DNA of 32,000 nt from Promethearchaeota archaeon (GTDB taxonomy: Archaea > Asgardarchaeota > Lokiarchaeia > Sigyniarchaeales > Promethearchaeaceae), in assembly GCA_016933055.1 (NCBI GenBank), contig JAFGBS010000014.1:150001-182000 (forward strand), in the 5' to 3' direction. Position numbers and translations under genes: made by a program. Below the pieces are notes generated by a model. That model did not search any database and was not told where the DNA came from. It was given only the letters and a program-made list of their open reading frames with translations. Below, piece by piece: positions 24,954-32,000 of this stretch. The number at the start of each line of letters is the position of its first letter. Position 1 is the first letter of the stretch.

Positions 24954-26465
24954 ATGGTGGAACCTACGCATTTTCTCCATAAGTTATTGAACCCCCAATC
25001 CTTGTGTGTTTTCGGCGCGAATGAAAACTTGCTGCAAAATATGGGTTGTCAGGAGCTTTTAAACATTTTAGATGACGGATATAAAGGAAACGTTTATCCC
25101 ATTCATCCGAGACTTGAAACGGTTCTCGGATTAAAAGCGTACAAAACAATTGCTGAACTTCCAGAAACACCTGACTTGGCAATAATACTATTACCAAAAC
25201 GAATAGTACCTCAAATACTTAGAGAGATTGGTGAAAAAGGAACAAAATTTGTGATTTTAGTTACTGCGGGATTTCGAGAAACCGATAATGCTGAAGCAGA
25301 AGAAGAAATTGTGAAAATAGCACAACAATACGGAATGCGGTTCATTGGGCCGAATTGTTTAGGTATAATCAATACTCATTGTAAGGTTGGGGATGAAGAA
25401 TGTATTCTTAATACCACCTGGGTAAATTATTACGAACCGAATCGTCCTGGGAATGTATCTATCGCAAGTCAATCAGGCACTTTTGTTTCCCATGTGTGCT
25501 TTCTTACCCCTGAAATTGATTTACATTTTAGTAAAACTATATCCATTGGAAATTCCCTCAATGTGGATATTATCGATTGTTTAGAGTATTTTGAGCAAGA
25601 TCCGACAACGGATGTGATTCTTTTATATATTGAGGAAATTCAAAGAGGACGAGAATTCATTGAAGCAGTAAAGAGAATTGCCCCCAAAAAACCTATTATT
25701 GCATTATATACAGGTGGTTCGAAGTACGGGGCAAAAGCGGTAGCATCCCACACTGGTTCGCTTTCAGGAAATGATGATATTTACAATGCAGCATTTAAAT
25801 ATGGAATTATACGAGTCGATACATTAGAAGAATGGTTGGATACAGCTGTTTTATTCTCAAAAACTATTCCTATAGGAGCAATTCCCAAAAATAATCGGTT
25901 AGGAATAGTAACTGTAGCGGGAGGACCAGGTGCTACTATGTCGGATCAAGCTTCACGGGAGGGGTTGATTATGCCCGAGTTACCAAAGGATGTTCAAGAG
26001 AAGGTGAAAACCATGCTTCCAGCTACAGCACAAGGTATTCAAGCTTCCAATCCTATAGATTTCACATTTCAGATTAGTCCACAAGTATTTTTCGAACGAA
26101 TGCCCAAACTGATAGCTAAAAAAGACATTGTGGATGGAATGATACTTTTTGGTGCATATGGAAGAGATTTCTTTCAGTATCACGAAATTGGCATGAGTTT
26201 TTACCGAACCGAGGCAGTACAAAACGGTCTTGATGTCTTAAAAGAATTGACTGAAGCAGGGATCGAATACTTAAAAAGAATGGTAAAAAAGCTCAAAGTA
26301 CCCATAATTTTTGTGAATTATCTTGGAACCAAAGATGAAGTTGTGAATTTGCTAAATAGTAAGGGATTTACCGTATTTCGTTTAGAACATCAAGCTGTGC
26401 ATGCCATGAAAAATCTGATGGCGTATGGAATATTTTTACAAAAATTATATAGTTCATCAAACTAA
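24954..26465 (+). CDS. ADP-forming acyl-CoA (acetate-CoA) ligase, alpha-subunit-like
   Basis: LLNPQSLCVFGA, VYPIHP, PDLAI, AGFRE, RFIGPNCLG, SQSG, SIGN, LYIE, ASHTGSLSG (phosphorylated His), AGGPG and NPIDF. There is no ATP-grasp domain in this ORF. Confidence 0.9.
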   Translation: MVEPTHFLHKLLNPQSLCVFGANENLLQNMGCQELLNILDDGYKGNVYPIHPRLETVLGLKAYKTIAELPETPDLAIILLPKRIVPQILREIGEKGTKFVILVTAGFRETDNAEAEEEIVKIAQQYGMRFIGPNCLGIINTHCKVGDEECILNTTWVNYYEPNRPGNVSIASQSGTFVSHVCFLTPEIDLHFSKTISIGNSLNVDIIDCLEYFEQDPTTDVILLYIEEIQRGREFIEAVKRIAPKKPIIALYTGGSKYGAKAVASHTGSLSGNDDIYNAAFKYGIIRVDTLEEWLDTAVLFSKTIPIGAIPKNNRLGIVTVAGGPGATMSDQASREGLIMPELPKDVQEKVKTMLPATAQGIQASNPIDFTFQISPQVFFERMPKLIAKKDIVDGMILFGAYGRDFFQYHEIGMSFYRTEAVQNGLDVLKELTEAGIEYLKRMVKKLKVPIIFVNYLGTKDEVVNLLNSKGFTVFRLEHQAVHAMKNLMAYGIFLQKLYSSSN

Positions 26466-26839
26466 ATCTATTTCTATTTTTGCACCAACTACAGGGGGAT
26501 TAAACGGTAACCTACCACATCCCGAATCCTGAAAGCAATTCTCGATAGTATAGAGATAGAAGAAGGGGAATTTATAGCACTCAATGAAGGATCATCCTGA
26601 AATTTTTTCGGTATACGCGAATATACTACGACATATATATGAAAAAGTGAATGGAACTGATTTGAATTCTATGATTAAATGAAAAACCAAAATACTGTGC
26701 TTTTCATTGCATTGGCAGAACAATAGATATTTCCAAATTTATTGCTCATAATTGGAATAAAAATTCCATAAAGAATTTTTGAGAGGATAAATAATCATAA
26801 ATTTAACGTAAAATAGACGTATGAAAGACGAAAAAAGTT

Positions 26840-27610
26840 ATGTCTCGTTTCATGGAGAAATTTGTTCTTATTTGGAAATATGTCAAGCGGAGTCGAATGA
26901 TAAAGGTAATTCTGATAGTATTTACACTCAATATCATACTTGCGGGTATTTATTCCCTAATTGAGGGCATTCCCTTCCACCTCGGCTTCTATTGGATAAG
27001 TGATTATATTACAAACACGGGGACGGGGCTTATCTCTCCTGATCCCACAGACCCTCATGATATTGGATTATGGTGGTTAACCAGTGCAGTGATTTGGATA
27101 GGATTGGGCATTACTTTGGTGTTTGTGGAAAATGTCTATTTACGATTTATGCGAAAAGAGGAGAAAGTTGTGAAGTTCCATAATCATATCATCCTTGCAG
27201 GTTGGAACGCAAAGATGCGTTATCTCATCGAAAATCTATCGGGAGAATTAGGAGTTCACCACGATTACGTACTGATAAACATTAACGAAGAACGTCCATA
27301 TGATTTGCCTGACATCATCGAATTTATTTCGGGTAGTCCTTTGGAGGAACGAGTTTTACGCCAAGCAAATATAGAATCGGCAGATCAAGCTGTTATCGTT
27401 ATGGAAGATGACGCGGATGCGCTTATGTTATGTAGTACGCTTCAACATATGAATCCCGATGCAGGAATAACCGTCAATGTTTTATTTTCGGAAAATATCA
27501 AACACTTCCAGCGAATTGATGTAGAAGAGATCATTTGTGATGAAGAATTATCGGGTGATGCCTTAGTGCAAGGATTTTACCGAAATAAAAAACGTAAAAG
27601 CGAAAAATGA
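26840..27610 (+). CDS. MthK-like 2TM ion channel with RCK (TrkA-N) domain and non-canonical filter
   Basis: TM1, then YSLIEG..YW pore helix..SP, TM2, then HNHIILAGWN, GSPLEERVLRQANIESADQAVI and the RCK strand pattern. The filter position reads NTGTGL. Confidence 0.8.
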   Translation: MSRFMEKFVLIWKYVKRSRMIKVILIVFTLNIILAGIYSLIEGIPFHLGFYWISDYITNTGTGLISPDPTDPHDIGLWWLTSAVIWIGLGITLVFVENVYLRFMRKEEKVVKFHNHIILAGWNAKMRYLIENLSGELGVHHDYVLININEERPYDLPDIIEFISGSPLEERVLRQANIESADQAVIVMEDDADALMLCSTLQHMNPDAGITVNVLFSENIKHFQRIDVEEIICDEELSGDALVQGFYRNKKRKSEK

Positions 27611-27837
27611 ATTTTGAATATTACAACTCTGTACAGTTTACTGCTCGGTTAATAGCCCATTATCGTGCTTTAGAATTACAGCAAGAAAATCCAAAATTTA
27701 TCAAATGGGAATTGAAAAGGGAGGAAGTTGTTAATGTTTTCGGTCAATCGGGCTGGCTAGTGAAATTTCTATTTGCTGATCAGTATGAAGGAGGAAAACA
27801 TAAAGATTCGGGACAAAAAGGGTTAATTTTTGAATAA
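27607..27837 (+). pseudogene. Probable internally deleted LCM/TIGR00027-type SAM methyltransferase remnant
   Basis: 76-aa ORF coupled (ATGA overlap) to the channel gene. Its N-terminus SVQFTARLIAHYRALE..ENP resembles the TAxxxAxxRAxE start of this family and is joined directly to a C-terminal-like EEVVNVFGQSGW. There is no SAM-binding core. Confidence 0.45.
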
Positions 27838-27857
27838 GACGAAAAGAAAACATAATT

Positions 27858-29336
27858 CTATACCCAATATCCACACATATGATCATAAAATCGATTAAAT
27901 TTTCGGATTACAAATTGATATTGTTTCACGACTTTAGGATCGGGGCTAAATATCTCTTCTTCTTTAGGTAAATTCACTTCTGAAATCGAGTTTATTAAAC
28001 CAACACCAAGAGCCCCTAACATTCCCGCTCCTTTAAGACTGGATTCTGGCTCATCCGTTACTACCACGGGCACATTCCAAATGTCAGCTTTCATTTTACT
28101 CAATAATTTATTGCGAGTACCCCCTCCAACTAAAAGTACTTTGCTGAATTGTACTCCTAACTCTCGAAAACTTTGGATTTCACGCGCTAATGACAAGGTA
28201 ACTCCTTCCATAACTGCACGTGCCATGTGAGCTGCTGTATGATTTATTGTCAAATTGAGGAAAATTCCTTTCGCATTTGGATTCTCGGGATTTCGTTCCC
28301 CTAATAAGTATGGATAAAATATTAATCCATCACTGCCAGCGGGAACAGTCTCTGCTAATTTTATGATAGTATCAAATAGTATTTCCTCTTTCGAAACTAC
28401 ATCTAATACATCTTTTATCCATTTGATACTTAATCCCCCTGAATCCAACATAATGAACGGTATCCATCCTTCAAGAACATGGTGTAGATTCTGAACACGG
28501 GGATGAATAATGGGTTCCTTTTTTTGGAATACGAATAAAGTACTAGTCCCAGTCATATCAATTGCTATTCCTTGCTCAATTAATCCCAATCCTAATAGAG
28601 AGACTATAAAGTCGCCTCCACCAGCAACTACGGGTGTGCCTTCGGGTATACCGGTTTCTAATGACACAATTTTAGTAACTTTGCCTATTATCTCATGGGA
28701 TTTATGCACTGGAGGAAATTTAGAGATGTCGACATCTAATAAATCTGCCATAGTTTCGGAATATTGCTCTATTTGGTAATCCCAAAGAAATGATCCCGAA
28801 GCTTCAGAAGGATCCGTAGCTGCAACTCCTGTAAGTTTGAAATTAATATAATCTTTCGGGACCAAATACCATTTAGTTCTCTGATATGCGTTTGATTGAT
28901 GTTCTTTTTCCCATTTTACTTTTAGGGCAACCCACCCAGTTGTGGGAGGATTAGCAGTGATTTGCATTAGCAAGTGAGTATCAGTTTTTTTTCTTATTCG
29001 GTCTACAATTTGCTGATTTCGTTTATCGCACCACAATTGGGTCATAGAAGTGGTTATATTTCCCTCGGAATCTATCCCTGTAGGTCCGTGCATCTGACCA
29101 CAACACGCTACTGCTGCAATATCGTCAGAATTGATCTCAGATTTATCCAGCAATTGTTTAACTGCGTATTGTAATTCTATCCACCATTGTTGGGGATTTT
29201 GTTGAGCCCAATTTTCATAAGGGGAATCCACTTCATGGTTGACTTGTACAACTGCATCAATATAGCCTTTCGGTGTCACAATACCTGCTCGGACACTCTG
29301 AGTACCTAAATCTATGGCAAGAACTTTATTTCGCAT
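27858..29336 (-). CDS. FGGY-family carbohydrate kinase (xylulokinase-like)
   Basis: AIDLGTQSVRA, GQMHG, LWCDKR, PKDYINFKLTG, TDPSEASG, VAGGGD, TGTS, PYLLGERNP, ARAVMEGV and VGGGTR. Exact sugar specificity is not determinable by eye. Confidence 0.9.
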   Translation of the reverse strand: MRNKVLAIDLGTQSVRAGIVTPKGYIDAVVQVNHEVDSPYENWAQQNPQQWWIELQYAVKQLLDKSEINSDDIAAVACCGQMHGPTGIDSEGNITTSMTQLWCDKRNQQIVDRIRKKTDTHLLMQITANPPTTGWVALKVKWEKEHQSNAYQRTKWYLVPKDYINFKLTGVAATDPSEASGSFLWDYQIEQYSETMADLLDVDISKFPPVHKSHEIIGKVTKIVSLETGIPEGTPVVAGGGDFIVSLLGLGLIEQGIAIDMTGTSTLFVFQKKEPIIHPRVQNLHHVLEGWIPFIMLDSGGLSIKWIKDVLDVVSKEEILFDTIIKLAETVPAGSDGLIFYPYLLGERNPENPNAKGIFLNLTINHTAAHMARAVMEGVTLSLAREIQSFRELGVQFSKVLLVGGGTRNKLLSKMKADIWNVPVVVTDEPESSLKGAGMLGALGVGLINSISEVNLPKEEEIFSPDPKVVKQYQFVIRKFNRFYDHMCGYWV

Positions 29337-29349
29337 ATTAAATTATCCC

Positions 29350-30534
29350 TTATATTCGATTCTCTAAAATTATTCGCAGATCTTCTTCGGAATGTTGAAT
29401 TGGATTGTTTTTATTACTAGCTTTTTCAATAATTGCGTCGATACTGGATTTATTAATACCATACTCCCCCAAGCGTTTTAAATCCAATTTTTTCGTCATT
29501 TCTTGGAGTTTATCGATTAAGATCTTACAATTTATTTCAATCTGTTCTTCTGAAGATAAACGTTTATTTTCGAATAAAGCTCCAACTTCCGCAAATTTTC
29601 TCAAATACTTCAAGTTCTCATCTGAAGGAGATTCTAATAAGCGTTCTATGGTTAATCGATTAGTTTCAGCCATAAGAGACCCACAAATGACACCATGAGG
29701 AATATCGAATAATCCACCAATGGATGATGCAAATCCATGAACTGTTCCTAATCCTGCATTTGCAAGAGTAATACCCGACATTAATGCTGCATATGCAAGC
29801 CCTTCACGGTAGTGAAGATTTTCAGGGTCTTCAATTGCAGTAGGAATTAAATATTGAATACTATATTGCATCCCTGAAAGTGCTAGTGCATCAGTTATAG
29901 GATTTGAGTCAGTTGATACGTATGATTCCAATAACTGGGTAAATGTATCCATTCCACATGCACTTGTGACATTTCGAGGACAAGTTACCATGAATTCTGG
30001 ATCAATAATAGCATAATCTGGAACTAAATTATTATGACGAAGAGATTTTTTAAAACCATCATCTCCGGGACGGCTCAACACGGCATTTTTAGTAGCTTCA
30101 GACCCCGTACCAGAAGTTGTTGGAATGGCAATAAATGGAATTTTTTTACCATCATGTTTTTTGGTACCTATGCCTTCGAGATAGTCCTCCACTGGAACAT
30201 CATGAAGAATCATAGCTGATACAGCTTTGCCAGTATCGATAGTAGATCCTCCCCCAATTGCGACCACTATATCAATTTCCGAGTGTTTATATTTTTTTAC
30301 AAGCGAATTTATAGAATTTGGGGAAGGTTCTCGCAAAACTGTTTCGTGATATATTGTTTTAGGTTCAATCGCTTCCATTAATTGGTCAAATTTCCCTTTT
30401 GAGTTTAAAATATCTTTAGGAGCGGATATTAATAATATCTTTTTTGTATAATTGGGCAAAATAGTGTTTATTTCTTTAACTTTTCCTATTCCAAATAAAA
30501 TAGTAGGAATTTTCGTGAAATTAAATGAAAGCAT
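29350..30534 (-). CDS. Iron-containing alcohol dehydrogenase
   Basis: GGGSTIDTGK, IPTTSGTGSEAT, AIIDP, GMDTFTQLLES, LANAGLGTVHG and PHGVICG. It lies 13 nt upstream of the kinase on the same strand, so the two are probably an operon. Confidence 0.93.
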   Translation of the reverse strand: MLSFNFTKIPTILFGIGKVKEINTILPNYTKKILLISAPKDILNSKGKFDQLMEAIEPKTIYHETVLREPSPNSINSLVKKYKHSEIDIVVAIGGGSTIDTGKAVSAMILHDVPVEDYLEGIGTKKHDGKKIPFIAIPTTSGTGSEATKNAVLSRPGDDGFKKSLRHNNLVPDYAIIDPEFMVTCPRNVTSACGMDTFTQLLESYVSTDSNPITDALALSGMQYSIQYLIPTAIEDPENLHYREGLAYAALMSGITLANAGLGTVHGFASSIGGLFDIPHGVICGSLMAETNRLTIERLLESPSDENLKYLRKFAEVGALFENKRLSSEEQIEINCKILIDKLQEMTKKLDLKRLGEYGINKSSIDAIIEKASNKNNPIQHSEEDLRIILENRI

Positions 30535-30646
30535 GAATTTTACTTAGATGATTGTGTTTTTATACTCTCTTCATATTTCAACGCTAAAAAATGTTCATTG
30601 AATTCTTAAAAGGAACATTTTTCTAGTACAACGGCAATGTGCAATT

Positions 30647-32000
30647 ATGGTATCAAACAAATCAGTATTATTACTCCGATTGCTTTTTTATATCTTTTTT
30701 CTGGGTTTTGCTCTAGCTCAGCTATTTTTTTATGGTATTTTAATGATGATCCCAATGGATCTGATGTTTTTTGCTGAAGAAAATGCGAATGTGTGGGGAT
30801 TTTTAGTACCATTTTGCATTGGATCGTTTTCTTTGTATGTTCTTCATATAACAAAAACGAAATCAAACCCAAAATTCACTGAATATTTTCGAAAATTCTC
30901 AGTAGGAGTGGGTTTACTGCTGAATATCATTTTTAGTGGAGTTTTATTGCTGATATTTATCCGATTTGCCAAATATAATCATGAACCATGGCTAATTCAA
31001 GGTGGCTGGTTCATGAGATCTCATGGAATTATTTGGAGTTTCCTTCTGGGAGCTCTTGTTTTCACTGGTATTCAAGTAATAGATGAATTAATGCTACTCA
31101 AGCAGCTTTTTGATTCAGATTTATCTCTAAAAATTGGTAAAGCAAAATGGAATTTCACTATAGGCTCTCTTGTAGCCTTATTTACCTTTCTATTCACATT
31201 AGTGTTTTCTGGCTTCCTATTGCTATTTTATCGAGTTTACACCTTATATGGTGCGTTCTTGTTCACCTTTATTATATTAATAGGATTTTCGATAATATAT
31301 ATTGGAACGAAAGGAATTCAATTCCCATTTTATTATAAGATTGCGCAAATTAAGCGTTCAGAACCTAGTACAACTCCGTTAAATACTTCAGAAAGAAAGA
31401 AAAATGTAGGGAAATCAGCTTTATTCCTTTTCATCTCTTCAATTTCTCTAATCATAATGATATTATATTTCTTCGATATCAAATTCCTCTTCCCTTATCC
31501 TCCAGGTGTAAATGCAAACCGTTTTATTTTTCCGATTCAGCAACCTCTAACAATAGTGTTAGGTGTATTTGTGGGAATCGTTGTGATTGGGGGATTTTCA
31601 CGTTTTATCCTACAAAACTCAGTGTTTGGTAAAATTGAACTTACATCTAATAGACAAGCTAACCGAATCATTCGCGCTTTATTCGGTATTGGGATTTTTA
31701 CTGCAGTGACATTCATAATCATAATTTTTGGATTATCTCTGTATATTTTCGAGTTTACTCTTTATCTTCCCCAAGTTATTAGTTACACATTTATATGGGC
31801 GGCACTCGGTGTTATTGTTTTTCTTATAAGTGAGAAACTAGTTCTTAAGTCCAGGTTACGCCAGACCTTATCATTCACTATGATTATTATTGCATTCCTA
31901 TTGATCATTACAAATTTCTGGAAATTAGCTTTGGATTTGAGTGAAAACAATCAGAGTTTTAAAAGTGGAGCTTTTGACATATATTTTCCGTTTGAATTTC
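30647..32000 (+). CDS. Polytopic membrane protein (partial, runs off the right edge)
   Basis: Not in the ORF track. Manual translation from ATG 30647 (MVSNKSVLLLRLLFYIFFLGFALAQLFFYG...) has no stop to the window end (451 codons) and shows more than 10 hydrophobic segments. No family was recognised. Confidence 0.8.
   Translation, partial: MVSNKSVLLLRLLFYIFFLGFALAQLFFYGILMMIPMDLMFFAEENANVWGFLVPFCIGSFSLYVLHITKTKSNPKFTEYFRKFSVGVGLLLNIIFSGVLLLIFIRFAKYNHEPWLIQGGWFMRSHGIIWSFLLGALVFTGIQVIDELMLLKQLFDSDLSLKIGKAKWNFTIGSLVALFTFLFTLVFSGFLLLFYRVYTLYGAFLFTFIILIGFSIIYIGTKGIQFPFYYKIAQIKRSEPSTTPLNTSERKKNVGKSALFLFISSISLIIMILYFFDIKFLFPYPPGVNANRFIFPIQQPLTIVLGVFVGIVVIGGFSRFILQNSVFGKIELTSNRQANRIIRALFGIGIFTAVTFIIIIFGLSLYIFEFTLYLPQVISYTFIWAALGVIVFLISEKLVLKSRLRQTLSFTMIIIAFLLIITNFWKLALDLSENNQSFKSGAFDIYFPFEF

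Noticed and set aside
26480-26690. Short coding-like fragments in the 374-nt gap (RILKAILDSIEIEEGEFIALNEG; HPEIFSVYANILRHIYEKV)
   Set aside because: They may be a decayed gene, but they have no start, lie in different frames and match no family I recognise, so they cannot be supported.
30637-30777. Apparent frameshift at the T6 run (ATG 30637 frame stops at TGA 30775)
   Set aside because: The frame starting at ATG 30647 is open throughout and encodes a coherent hydrophobic protein, so no frameshift is needed.
855-31722. Many 60-112 aa ORFs in the track overlapping longer genes (e.g. 855-1106, 1910-2158, 5331-5669, 20845-21108, 29405-29698, 30645-30872, 31147-31338)
   Set aside because: They are antisense or alternative-frame shadows of well-supported genes or of the tRNA, with no motifs of their own.
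21019-32000. Genomic island integrated at tRNA-Asp
   Set aside because: There is no integrase, transposase or att direct repeat in the window, and the accessory-looking genes lie on the tRNA 5' side. Base composition shows no obvious shift by eye.
1-32000. CRISPR array, IS elements, rRNA or long DNA repeats
   Set aside because: I saw no regularly spaced repeats, terminal inverted repeats or rRNA-like sequence, and intergenic gaps are all short (under 400 nt).

Overview
AT-rich archaeal chromosomal window, most likely from an Asgard archaeon (Lokiarchaeia/Promethearchaeota-like). This placement is inferred from PolB1, aIF2-gamma, a BHB-intron tRNA, a ubiquitin E2, predicted longin and small-GTPase folds, and a Sec-containing selD with a eukaryote-type SECIS. 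No mobile element or CRISPR array is visible. Left part (1-3.6 kb): a partial PolB1 missing from the ORF track, a thiolase and an MBL hydrolase. Central part (3.7-15.4 kb) is dense in eukaryote-signature-like genes: a HEAT / winged-helix (PCI-like) / Ig-like protein; selD, whose true start is upstream of the ORF call and which reads through an in-frame UGA, with a kink-turn SECIS just after the stop; an acidic-tailed protein ending in a HbYX-like motif; aIF2-gamma with a long N-terminal extension; an E2 with two active-site insertions; a longin-like + helical protein; and a 1257-aa pseudo-GTPase + alpha-solenoid protein with three C-terminal repeats. Next come an ACT-like/winged-helix regulator pair, a tetraether-synthase-family radical SAM enzyme, membrane proteins, a methyltransferase and an intron-containing tRNA-Asp(GTC). 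The right part (21.3-32 kb) looks accessory: a membrane-anchored GH20 hexosaminidase, heliorhodopsin, EFR1 ferredoxin/flavodoxin, an ADP-forming acyl-CoA ligase alpha subunit, an MthK-like channel with a non-canonical filter, an internally deleted methyltransferase remnant, an FGGY kinase + Fe-ADH pair, and a partial polytopic membrane protein missing from the ORF track. All protein family calls come from motif recognition by eye; no database searches were run.
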